In this document: piece by piece, positions 22,842 through 34,667 of the stretch
Layout of the letters: each line of letters opens with the position of its first letter
How positions within the stretch are numbered: the first letter of the stretch is position 1
NCBI GenBank assembly: GCA_030390025.1
Contig: JASTWF010000695.1
Location: forward strand, 1 to 64,000
Reading direction: 5' to 3'
Length of the DNA stretch: 64,000 nt
DNA from: Squalus acanthias
Lineage: Eukaryota
Notes under the pieces: generated by a model
Told to the model about the DNA's origin: nothing
Databases searched by the model: none
The model's input: only the letters and a program-made list of their open reading frames with translations
Position numbers and translations under genes: made by a program

Positions 22842-23904
22842 CTGAATAATCATAATAATCACAATAATCACAACAGTTACAAAAAGAATTACATATGAAT
22901 ACACATCTGATTAATCACAGATCTGACACTATTGGTTCTCAGATTGGTTCCATTCTGGTCCAATACCGCTGATGTTGTTTTTCCACTAACGCTATTGGTT
23001 ATAATGTGAGGACTGGCTTTTGATAATATTGCTTTATTTGTTGGTACCTTACCCAGTGGTCGTCACTGTGATGTTACAAACACGCACTGTATCAGATGAG
23101 AGAACGCGGCCAAGTATCGATGGAGAGAGATGAGTAAATCGAAGTCAAGCAATCTCTGTCCTCCCTGCACCCACTTTGGGTCCGCTCCGCTGCCGGCCGC
23201 ATCCGTGTTCTCCTCCAGAAAGCAGAGGCCGAGATGGGCCGGCAGAGGGCGCTCTCGCTTTCACCCTGTAACTGAAGGACACCGAGGGGAGAATTTCCCG
23301 ACCACCCCGTCTCCCTCCAGGCACACTCTGCTTTTACACAACACACGATGCATCCGTCTGATGATGACGGTTGGAGCCGGTACAGCTCATTAACACAGAC
23401 TGACCCTGAAGACGGCTTGTCGCATCTGTCTTTTCAATGATTCTATTTTCCTCAACCAATCTACACCGGAGTCCAGACCAATCCTCCATCGCTCTCTGTG
23501 AGAAGAATATCCGAACACCTGTCCTAAGTCTGTCTTTCTCTCCCTTCAGTATTTCCCACCTTGTTCTGCTGACACGTTTAAATTAAAGGTTTTTTCTCAG
23601 ATTCACCATTTCGGTCCATCCACTGCCTCCAGCAGCTCACTTCCCGCTACAAGGCCCATTATTCAGCACATCAGCTTGTAGAGTTCCGACTCCAGTTTTG
23701 GGTCCACACCACTTCCAGGGTTTAATTACCCGCCTGTACCTGGTTACCGGAACTATACACGGTGCACAAGGTGGGGCCTGGACAGAGCTCTGTTTAGTTT
23801 AACTCTGACCTCTTGTGCATCGTGACCGGAACTATACACAGAGCACAAGGCGTGATTGGATGGACCTCTGGTCCGTGAAATCCCGACACCCTGATTTCTC
23901 ACTC

Positions 23905-26173
23905 GAAATGGAGAGCGAAGAAATTGACTCAGATACTAAGGTCCTGAATTTAAACAAGGGGAATTATGATGCCATTAGACGGGAACTGAGTAGGTCTGAT
24001 TGGACAACGTTCCTGGGAGGACTGGAGGTAGATAAACAATGGCAAGCATTTAAAGATAGAATGACAAAATTGCAAAAATTGTTTATACCAATCTGGCATA
24101 AAAGGAAATCTAAAAAGGTGACTCAACCGTGGATAACAGGGGAAATTAGAGACAGCATAAAATCCAAAGATAGGGCGTATAAAATAGCCAAAAAAAGCGC
24201 CAGAGCGGAAGATTGGGAACAGTTTAAGATAGAGCAAAGGAGGACAAAGGGCTTAATCAAGAGGGGCAAAATAGCTTACGAAAGCAAGCTGGCGGAAAAT
24301 ATAAAAACTAACTCCAAAAGCTTTTATAAGTATATCAAGAGGAAAAGACTGGTGAAAACCAAAGTTGGCCCATTGCAGTCAGATACGGGGGAATATATAA
24401 CGGGAAATAAAGAAATGGCAGACCAACTAAATGCATACTTTGGGTCAGTCTTTACGAAGGAAGACACAAAAAACCTCCCTGGGATATCGGGAAAAATAGG
24501 GACATTTGCAAAGGAGGAACTGACGCAAGTCAATATCTCTAAGGATATGGTGTTAAGGAAGCTAAAGGGATTGAAGGCGGACAAATCCCCAGGGCCTGAT
24601 AACATGCATCCTAGGGTGCTGAAGGAGGTGGCCCTAGAGATAGCGGATGCACTAAGTATGATTTTTCAGAATTCATTAGACTCGGGAACAGTGCCCATGG
24701 ATTGGAGGGTAGCTAACGTTACCCCACTATTCAAAAAGGGGGGTAGGGAAAAAGCAGGTAATTACAGACCTGTAAGCCTTACATCAGTTGTGGGCAAAAT
24801 GCTGGAGTCCATCATTAAGGATGAAATAGCGGAGCACTTAGCAAATGGGGACAGGATAGGACAGAGTCAACATGGATTTACAAAGGGTAAATCGTGCTTG
24901 ACTAATCTATTGGAATTTTTTGAGGGAGTAACTGGTAAAATAGATGGGGGAGAGCCAGTAGATGTGGTGTACCTGGACTTCCAAAAGGCCTTCGATAAGG
25001 TCCCACATAAAAGATTAGCAGGGAAAATTGAAGCTCATGGGATAAAGGGGAAAGTATTGACGTGGATAGAGAACTGGCTGTCAGATAGAAAACAGAGAGT
25101 TGGAATAAACGGCTCATTTTCTGAATGGCAGGCAGTAACAAGTGGGGTACCACAGGGATCTGTCCTGGGTCCCCAGCTGTTCACAATTTACATTAATGAC
25201 CTGGATCAGGGAGTCGGATGCAGCATTTCCAAATTTGCAGACGACACTAAACTAGGAGGGGGGGTGGGCTCAGAGGAGGAGACCAGGAAGCTCCAGAGCG
25301 ATTTGGACAGACTGGGTGATTGGGCGGATAAATGGCAGATGCACTATAATGTGGACAAGTGCGAAGTTATCCACCTTGGGTGCAGGAACGGGAGGGCAAA
25401 TTATTATTTAAATGGCAATAAATTGGGAGAGGGGGAAGTACAGAGAGACCTGGGTGTTCTTGTACACCAGTCACTGAAGGCAAGCATGCAGGTGCAACAG
25501 GCGATCAAGAAGGCAAACGGTATGCTGGCCTTCATAGCAAAAGGGTTGGAATACAGGAACAGGGATACCTTGCTGCAGCTGTACAGGGCACTGGTGAGAC
25601 CACACCTCGAGTACTGTGTACAGTTTTGGTCGCCTCATCTGAGGAAAGATGTTCTTGCCATGGAGGGGGTGCAGCGGCGATTCACCAGTCTGATACCAGG
25701 AATGGCGGGATTGACCTATGAGGAGAGACTATGTAGTTTAGGGATGTACACACTGGAGTTTAGAAGATTGAGAGGGGACCTCATAGAAGTGTATAAAATT
25801 CTGACAGGTCTAGACAGACTAGATGCAGAAGGAATGTTTCCCTTGGCGGGTGAGAACAGAACTAGAGGACATAATTTAAGGATAAGGGCTAAACCATTTA
25901 GGACAGAAATGAGGGGGAATTTCTTCACTCAGAGGGTGGTGAACCTGTGGAACTCATTGCCACAGAGGGCAGTGTACGCCAGCTCATTAAATATATTTAA
26001 GAGGGAATTAGATATATTTCTACAGGCAAAAGGGGTTAAGGGTTACGGAGAGAAGGCGGGGACGGGATACTGAATTGGAGGATCAGCCATGATCTCATTA
26101 AATGGCGGAGCAGGCTCGAAGGGCCGGATGGCCTACTCCTGCTCCTATCTTCTATGTATCTATGTATCTATGT
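23905..26173 (+). mobile_element. Young 5'-truncated CR1 LINE with uninterrupted ORF2 fragment
   Basis: ORF 23815..26073 has RT motifs YLDFQKAFDKV, GVPQGSVLGP, KFADD; tail (tctatgta)n. Confidence 0.95.
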
Positions 26174-26269
26174 CTTGCACTCTTTTGATTAAATAGTTGA
26201 ACATTCGGTTTGTTTGCTGGTTGCTGTTGTTCGCTGATTGGACATTTGAGGATCAAGGCCAAGAAATGC

Positions 26270-27040
26270 GCTCGATCAGAAACAGATAGATCCGTGAATT
26301 TCTAAATGGTGAAAAGGTAGAAACAATGGCGGTCCAAAGAGATTGAGGGGTCCATGTAGACAGATCACTAAACTGCAGTGGTCAGTTACAAAAACACAAT
26401 ACGAAAGGCTAGGGCAATGTCAGCCTTTTTATCTAGAGGGCTAGAATGTAAACGGGAGGAGGTTTTGCTACAGCGATACAACGCCCTGGTTAAACCACAT
26501 CTGGAGTGCTGGGTACAGTTCTGGGCGCCGCACCATAGAACGAAGATATTGGCCTTGGAAGGAGTGCAGCGCAAATTCACCAGAACATTGCCAGTGCTCC
26601 AAGGGTTAAATTATGAGGAGGGATGACATGAACTAGGCTTGTATTTCCTGAAGTTTAGAAGGTTAAGGGGTGATTTGATTGGTGTTTTTAGAATTTTGAA
26701 AGGAGCTGGTAGGGCAGATAGAGAGAAACTTCTTCCACTGGCGGGGAATCTAGGACCAGGGGACAGAACCTTAAAATCAGAGCCTGGCCAGTCACTGGAG
26801 AAGTTCGGGAACAATTCTTCACATTAAGGTTGGTAGAAGTGTGGAACTCATTCCCACAAAAAAGCAGTAGATGCAAGCTCAATTAATAATATTAAATCTG
26901 AGACCAATATATATTTGCTATGCAAGTTTATGATGAGATATGAAAACAAGGCTGGTCAATGGCATCCGGATACGCCATGATCCATTTGGATGGCGGGACA
27001 GTCTCGAGGGGCTGAATGGTCTAATCCTGTTCCTATGGTT
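26270..27040 (+). mobile_element. Older CR1 3' fragment
   Basis: YNALVKPHLECWVQFW, RRLRGDLI and a CR1 tail. Confidence 0.75.
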
Positions 27041-27906
27041 CCTCTCCTCAACGCCCCTCTCCTCCCCCAGTGTGATGTTATTCACGAAGATGACCAGTTT
27101 GGATCCAGTTTATTGAACGTGAATTAGTGTGGGCTCTCACTAAATATCTTCATCGCCCCCACTTCTTATCCATTCCCAGACCTCCCTTAAATTGCCACTG
27201 CTTTAAATATACGTCAGATTATACGTCTGGCAGATGATGCTGGGTAACATCCCACTGGCTTTACAGTTTCTACAAATGAAAGAGACCCGTCCAGACTAGC
27301 TGGATATAGTTTCTCTACAAGGCCAGGGATAAACATCCGGCACAACTTCTGATTTCTCCCACTAACAGACACTACATGTGAACACGTCCGAGAACAACGG
27401 GAGTCACCATATAGAGACCGATCTCTCACTTCAGATTCAACATTTTACAGTGAAATTCCCATAACCACCTATTTATTTAATCAAACACTTCCGCAAAAGT
27501 GCTCACAAGACGACGACTAAAGTGACCATGATTGATGAGAAACACGGGCCGGAGTGCAGATTTCCAGCCATGTTCTCTCTCTTCCCCACTTCCTCTCCCT
27601 CAGTTCCTGTTTAACTGAGACAGTGAGTGCCGATGTGAAGGGAGCCGCAGTGATCCCGATCCTTCCTCATCGACCTCCGCCAATAACAGCCAGCAACCGT
27701 TCAGCACATGCCCCGCATTACCCCGAATAATTTCGGTGAACGCAAATCCACCCTCAGTATAGCTCTGAGTAAACAGGATCTCTTAATCCCGGACAACCCT
27801 TATACTACCGGACCCAGACCGCTCCATTTGAGAACCGGGACCCAGACCGCTCCCTTTGATAACCGGACCCAGACCGCTCCCTTTGAGAACCGGGACCCAG
27901 ACCGAT

Positions 27907-29481
27907 TGTGAATTTACTGCGAAGTCCCCATTTTTATTTTCTCTTACGAACTAAACTGAACTAAATCAATGATTATATTATGAATTTTAGTTTAAAGATT
28001 TCATTGTGTTATTCTATGCCGAGGCATAGAATATAAGAGCAGGGAGGTTATGATGGAGCTGTACAAAACGCTAGTTAGGCCACAGCTGGAATACTGTGTG
28101 CAGTTCTGGTCGCCACACTATAGGAAGAATGTGATTACATTGGAGGGTGCAGAGGAGATTCACCAGGATGTTACCTGGGCTGGAGCGCTTCAGCTATGAA
28201 GAGAGACTGGACAGGCTGGGGTTGTTTTCCTTAGAGCAGAGAAGTTTGAGGGGGGACCTGATTGAGGTGTAAAAAATTATGAGGGGCATAGATAGGGTAG
28301 ATAGAAAGGAACTTTTCCCATTAGTAGAGGGGTCAATAACCAGGGGGAATAGTTTCAAGGTACTGCGCAGGAGGTTTAGAGGGGATTTGAGGCAAAAGTT
28401 TTTCACCCAGAGGGTGGTTGGAATCTGGAACTCACTGCCTGAAAGGGTGGTAGAGGCAGGATCCCCCCACAACATTCAAGAAGCATTTAGATGAGCACTT
28501 GAAACGCCATGGCATACAAGGCTACAGACCAAGTGCTGGAAAATGGGATTAGAATAGACAGGGCTTGATGGCCGGCGCGGACACGATGGGCCGAAGGGCC
28601 TCTTTCTGTGCTGTATAACTCTATGACTCTATTGCTGCATTTATAACCATACTTGTAAACCCTGATGTAATATGCCCTGGGTAGACCCGATTAGATATTT
28701 AAATGGAAAAAACAGAGGCGTTGGGCCTCTCTTGATTAACATTTTAAAACTGCCTCTCAGTAAACATAATAATAACAGACAGCGTGTCTGTGGGAACAGA
28801 ACTAGCAAGGTCCTGTGTGGCTGCCGCTGTGTGAAATGTTCTGATATCTGCAGTGAATGAAAAACATTGGCAAACAGCAAGGACACCACATCTCTGCCTA
28901 TGGAGACATGTTCCGTGTGTGTTGCCATAACTACACCAGATATGAGTCTTGATGGTCAAAAACAGATGATGTCAGGGTGTTATGAGATGAGGGCCTGACA
29001 GGGCCGGGCGGGAGCATTCGGTACGGGGCATCCCTGTAATTCACAGGGGCTTTCAGGTGTAAGTCAATGATTGGGTTCACTGGGCCCCATAGGCTTTGCT
29101 GGGAAGAAGAAGTATAAGAAGGGGGTTCTCAAACACATAGGTTGTAGAGACATTCAGCAAAGAGCTTTGGAACATCCTCCAGACGAGCCGAGGAGGGATT
29201 CGGGTTGGTGGAGGACCCGCACGCGTCACACCAGGCGGCCGAGCGAGCCTCGAGGCCAGGGCCGATTGGAGTTGAACCCTGGAGATCGCGTCTTCTACCC
29301 AGGGCATAACGGGAAATATGAATCTTGATTGTACCTTGTTTAACTACCGCTCAGATGCTGTAATTTATCACATCTCACTTAAACTGAACAAAATATAATT
29401 ACTGTCACCAATACGGGTCAAGTCGATCTTCTGGAACTTGGGAGTGAAAGGGTTAATTGGCAAAGACCCAGAACCTCTACA
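27907..29481 (+). mobile_element. Probable solo LTR containing a nested CR1 fragment
   Basis: TGT...ACA termini; flanks cgat/cgct interrupt a minisatellite unit; TATA-like gtataagaag; about 950 bp once the CR1 is removed. Confidence 0.45.
28010..28632 (+). mobile_element. CR1 3' fragment (same family as 36719-39680)
   Basis: MELYKTLVRPQLEYCVQFW; tail ctctatgactctat; short 5' inversion tattctatgcc/ggcatagaata. Confidence 0.85.
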
Positions 29482-29789
29482 CGCTCCCTTTGATAACCGG
29501 GTCACAGACCGCTCCCTTTGATAACCGGGTCACAGACCGCTCCCTTTGATAACCGGGACCCAGACCACTCCGTTTGATAATGGGGACCATCTCTGTACAG
29601 GGATTGTTCCCCCAATAACAGCAGCTGCCCCAGAATATTCCCTCTTGCTTTCGTAATGATGAAATGTCATCGACCTGAAACGTTAACTCTGTCTTTCCAC
29701 AGATGCTTCCTGACCAGCTGAGTGCTTCCAGCATTATCGGATTTTAGTTCAGATTTCCAGCAGCCGCAGTATTTTGCTTTTGTTTCAGA

Positions 29790-30590
29790 GTGAAATTCCG
29801 GGAATCTGGTGTAAATAAACACTTCTGAATTCGGGTAGTAGCAGAATGGATAGTAAACTGGCCACAACACAGGAAACAGAGAGTAAGGGTTAAAGTAATT
29901 ACTCAGACTGGTAATAGGTCGGAAATGTTGAGCCACAATGATAGGTCCTGGGACCACTGTTGTTTACAATTTACATAAATGATTTGGACCAGGAAACGGA
30001 AGCTAAATTTCAAAATTTGCTGATGAAATCTACTTGGCGCAATAGTTAATACTGAGGAAGACTGCGATAAACAACACAAGAAGGCATTAATAAGATTGCA
30101 GAATGAGTGGGTCATTTTTCTTGGAAAGTAAGAGCCTAAATTGGGTCGAGTAGCAATGAGATCTAGAGGTACAGATACACAAATCACTAAAAGTAGCGAC
30201 GCAAGTTAATAAAGCCATAGAAAATGCAAACAAAGCACTGGGGTTTATTTCTAGAGGGACAGAATTGAAAAGGAGAAGAGCTATGTTCGACTTGTCTAGA
30301 ACCTTGGTTAGACCATACTTAGATTACTGCGCACAGTTCGGGATTCCATTTTATAAAACGGATAAAGAGGCACTGAGAAAAGAAAGATTTACAACGATGA
30401 TACTGGAACTGAGAGGCAATACCTATCAGGAAAGATTGAACAAGCTAGAAAAGAGGCGGCTGAGGGGGTGAATTAGTAGTGGTATTTAAGAATATGACAG
30501 CATTTGTTAGGGTTGAATAGAGAAAGTTTCCACTCGTGGGGTGAGCAAAATTGGAGCCATAAATATAAACGCGTCACAAATGAACCACTC
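29790..30590 (+). mobile_element. Old CR1 fragments, preceded by a PLE pLTR remnant at about 29655-29785
   Basis: RTLVRPYLDYCAQF; gacctgaaacgttaactctg..gatgct..ctgacc. Confidence 0.6.
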
Positions 30591-31253
30591 TCTGGGTAAA
30601 TATGTTTCCCCTGAATTCCCTATTGGAGTCATTTGTCTGAGATTCTGTCCTTTTTATCTTCTCAATATTTATCAAAACTCGAAATGAATGGGAATGTACA
30701 GGCAGCTGTGGGATCATACTGTGTAGTTACCTCCCGTGCTGCCCACAGCAACCGCGGACCCATTGCCCAGGCTCCCCGAGGCTGAGAAACCTCCCTCCCC
30801 AGTCTCAGATTCACAGTCTGTGGAAAATATCAGATCCCACAACAAGCGATGAGCGCAGGCGCACAGCCGGGCTCACGGCGCATGCCCGGTAGCGGCTGTT
30901 GGGTTGAGAATGGAGAGTTGGATTGAGATTGTGACATTTCCAGCGGGTCAGCTCATTCACTGCGGCTTTGGGGCAAATCTCAATGGAAACTTGTTCTGTC
31001 TGCATTGTAAATGTGCCGAGTGTCAGGTATTTACTGCTCCCGGTGGGGGTGTTTATTATATATAAAAATAGTAAAATTATAACACAAACAGTAACCCTAA
31101 TATTAATAATATAACATTAATAATAACCGGGGAATACTGGAATTATAATCTCTCGCTTTCCGGGGACGGACACCCGCTGATTATTTTACTTCAGCTTTTT
31201 TCCGGAAACCATCAGAGGCGGCGGGAGATGAGAGACAGAAGAAAGATTTTTAC

Positions 31254-31569
31254 CTGAGCAGATGACGCCGGCATCCCTGGAGTGTGACAGGGAATAGTGA
31301 TCCCATTGATATGAACCACACTCCCGCAGAGCGGCCTCGGTCCCGCCGCACTCAACACCATACGTCACAATGGGTCCGGACCCTTCCCCAAAGTGAGCCC
31401 CGCGCGGTGCTGACAGCGCGGCCCCGCAGCCCAGCTCCCGGCACACAACAGCGGCGTCCGGCAGGTCCCAGAGATCATCATCACACAGTCCCCCACTGTC
31501 CCCTGTAGTGAATCTCCAGTCTCCCAGCGCACCGACTGCCCCCATTCACCAGTCTCAGCTTCACCGTCT
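31254..31569 (-). CDS. SRCR domain 1 exon, frameshifted
   Basis: Reads [29 protein letters not shown], then continues in another frame [20 protein letters not shown]...DAGVICS. Length 316 nt versus 315 for most sister exons. Confidence 0.9.
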
Positions 31570-31789
31570 CTGTAAAATATCAGAAATAACATCAAGCGGT
31601 TAGAGTGTATTAAACCCGCAGTCTCCCAGCGCACGGACCGCCCCCATTCACCAGGCAAGAGGGACCATGTGAGGAATCAGTGGGAACATCAGACTGTGCC
31701 CAGACCCCGAATAAAACCCGGAGTAAATATTAAACATGGCAAAAGGGAGAGGGAAATACCAACAAACGGTGTGAACGAGCAGCGAACCG

Positions 31790-32120
31790 GGAGTCCGCGG
31801 GAAGTTCCCAGCAGCAGAGCGGCTCCCACGGGGACGGGGTGGGCGATTGGCTCAGAATATATTCCAGCCTCCAGACGTCGGCAGATGGGCGTGGCTGCAA
31901 TGGTCAGCTGTTCATCATGCTCAGTACCGATTGGCCGAACGTAGTGAGAGCTCACAGACAGTCAGGATTGGAAGATATTCTCCCCAATCCCCGGAGACAA
32001 TAGAGGAAGAGGCGGGGATGGATGGTCATGTGATCCTAATGTCAGCGCTGATTGGTGAGGTGGAAAGTGAGAGCTGCTGTGGGACCGGCAGCAGTGTCAG
32101 TGGAGCCGGTCCTTCACACT
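31790..32120. promoter_or_regulatory. Intronic promoter/enhancer-like cluster (NF-kB-like site, multiple CCAAT boxes, GC boxes)
   Basis: GGGAAGTTCC at about 31799; ATTGG at about 31846, 31930, 31967 and 32051; CCAAT at about 31984; ggggtgggcg and ggcgggg; CpG-rich. Confidence 0.4.
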
Positions 32121-32358
32121 CTGCCCTTCAGGGACCCCGTTTATTGTCGCTCTGCATGAAGGCAGCAGCCGCCTCTCAGCTGGAATTAAAGATCTTTAGT
32201 AACAGTCCGCGGGAAACACTCTTCCCGTCCGAGGGACACACGAGGAGCCGGTTAATCGGTGATCAAAAAGGCCCTGAGATTGTCACCCAGCCTGAATATT
32301 CAATGTGATGGATCAGAGCAGAGAGATACCAGATAATGTGAAAATAAAAGGCTGTTAC

Positions 32359-32391
32359 CTGACGGGTCAGCCTGACTGTTCCCGGGTCTGC
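32359..32391 (-). CDS. 33-nt linker mini-exon (C)RPGNSQADPS
   Basis: tctcatttcag|...CAG|gtaac; phase 1-1, in frame with the signal peptide exon. Confidence 0.75.
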
Positions 32392-32756
32392 CTGAAATGA
32401 GACATTGAGAATTAGAGTTCACTGGGGCAAGAAATCAATAAAACTGTCAGAAAGAAAAGTCACAAATACAAAGAACTGTGGGGTGAGAATTCCCGTCACT
32501 TTGCCAAAGAACTGATACCGGGGTCTGTGATTTCATCTGTCCTTCATTCCTTATAAAACCGCAAATATAATCTATGCAGCAACCTGACATTTGTAAAGTG
32601 CCTTAATTTATCGAGAATTGTTTTCACAGAAACACACACTGACACCGGGGCGCACTCTCTCCTTGTGGTGCTGGTGCTCGGGCCCCATTTATTACCAGTG
32701 TGTAGGTGCCCAGAGAAGGCGGTGGTGATGGGTCCGTTCTTTTAACAGCTGCAGTA

Positions 32757-34072
32757 CTCTTCTTCTTCTTCTTAGGCAGTCCCTCGGAACCGAGGATGAC
32801 TTGCTTCCGCACTAAAAATGAGTTCTCAGGTGAATGCTGAGTCCAATGCGGGACCTAGAGTCTCTGTCACAGGTGGGGCAGACGGTGGTTGAAGGGGCGG
32901 GTGGGTGGGGTTCTTGGGTTGACGTGCGCTCCTTCCGCTGTTTGTGCTTGGCTTCTGCTTGCTCCCGGCGAAGAGACTCGAGGTGTTCGGCACCTTCCCG
33001 AATGCTTCTCCTCCATTTTGTGCGGTCTTGCACCAGGGATTCCCAGGTGTCGGTGGGGATGTTGCACTTTTTCAAGGAGGCTTTGAGGGTGTCCTTGAAG
33101 CATTTCCTCTGCCCACCTGGGGCTCTCTTGCCATGTCGGAGCTCCGAGTACAGCGCTTGCTTTGGGAGTCTCGTATCGGGCAGGCGGACGATGTGGCCCA
33201 TCTATCGGAGCTGTTCGAGCATAGTCAAAACTTTGATGCTGGGAATGTTGGCCTGAGCGAAAACACTGATGTTGGTGCGCCTATCTTGCCAATGGATTTG
33301 CAGGATCTTGTGGAGGCAGCGTTGGTGGTACCTCTCCAGTGCTTTGAGCTGCCTCCTGTACATGGTCCATGTCTCTGAAGCATACAGGAGGGCGGGTATC
33401 ACTACTGCTCTGTAGACCATAAGCTTGCTGCTGGATTTGAGGTCCTGGTCTTCAAACACTCTCTTCCTCAGGGGACCGAAGGCTGCACTGGCACACTGAA
33501 GGCGGTGTTGCACATTGTTATCAATGTCTGCCCTAGTTGACAGTAGGCTCCCGGATTATAGAAAGTGGTCCACATTGTCCAAGGCCTCGTGATGGATTTT
33601 GGTAATTGTGGAGCAGTACTGTGTGGCGGTGGCAGGTTGGTAGAGGACCTTTTTCTTACGGATGTTTAGTGTAAGGCCCATGCTCTCATACGCTTAAGTA
33701 AAGGTGTTGACGATGGTTTGGAGTTCGACCTCCGAGTGTGCGCAGACGCAAGCGCCGTCTTCATACTGTAATTTGATGACAGAGGATGGGACGACTTTGG
33801 ATCTGGACTGGAGGCGATAGAGGTTGAACAGTTTCCCGTTTGTTCTGTAGATTAGCTCCACTCCAGCGGGGAGTTTACTGAGGGTGAGATGGAGCATTGC
33901 AGCAAGGAAGATTGAGAAGAGCGTTGTTGCGATGACACAGCCTTACTTGACCCCGGTCCATACGTGAATTGGGTCTGTGTTGGATCCGTTGGTCAGGATC
34001 ACGGCTTGCATGTCATCATGAAGCAGGCGGAGGATGGTGACAAACTTTTGAGGGCAGCCGAATTTGAGGGCG
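32757..34072 (-). mobile_element. RTE-clade LINE (BovB/RTE-1-like), 5'-truncated
   Basis: KLMVYRAVVIPALLYASETW, GHIVRLPDTRLPKQALYSEL, terminal CPTC..H; (GAA)n tail. Confidence 0.9.
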
Positions 34073-34490
34073 CTCTCACAGTGATATTAGATAGCGAAGT
34101 ATAGGATTCCCTTCCAAAGTTCATGATGGAACAGAAATATAATTGAAATTATTTATAGATTATCTTATTGTGTGATGAATTTCGGTGCCTTTTAGTTTAA
34201 TTCAATGTTTTCCACGTGGAAATTTCAAAGTTTCCATAAAGTTGTAATTGGAAGTTTCTGTTACTCATTTTTTTTCTAAATTCCTCAAACAAAACAAATT
34301 GAACCATTTGTCAGGCGGGTTCACGCCTCCTTTCTCCGTGCTGGCTCTTCCTCATTAAGTTCCTGCTGAGTGAATTCTCTTGTAAACTGTCCTCGCCGAT
34401 TGGTCCATCATTTTACCCGTTAATGATGTTCGGTTAATTGTCCTCTCGTTTACTGGTTAAGCTTTGCTGCTTTTTAAAATGCAGCCAGTT

Positions 34491-34667
34491 TGTTGACCTG
34501 CTCCCAATCCCCTGATGATATTGTGTCCCACAGATCTCCAGGTCTCTTTCTATTCTAAATGTTATATACTAGAGACAGTGTGTTGACCTGCTCCCAATCC
34601 CCTGATGATATTTTGCCCTCCAGATCACCTGCTCTCTTTCTATTCTCTCGGTTATATATTACAGACA
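34491..34667. repeat. Tandem 90-bp direct duplication
   Basis: tgttgacctgctcccaatcccctgatgatatt at 34491 and 34581. Confidence 0.8.

Larger units (their letters stand above)
27808..29590. repeat. ~28-bp minisatellite (accgggacccagaccgctccctttgata) split by an insertion
   Basis: About 3.5 units at 27808-27905 and about 4 units at 29482-29590. Confidence 0.8.

Noticed and set aside
23815-23905. N-terminal extension of the 752-aa ORF as a host-TE fusion
   Set aside because: Chance open frame from a GTG in flanking sequence upstream of a truncated CR1.
34262-34307. ATG with donor-like site as first coding exon (MVQFVLFEEFRKK)
   Set aside because: Not a signal peptide; a better exon exists at 44715-44760.
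34491-34667. Tandem C/D snoRNAs (ctgatga)
   Set aside because: No D box or terminal stem, and antisense to the host gene.
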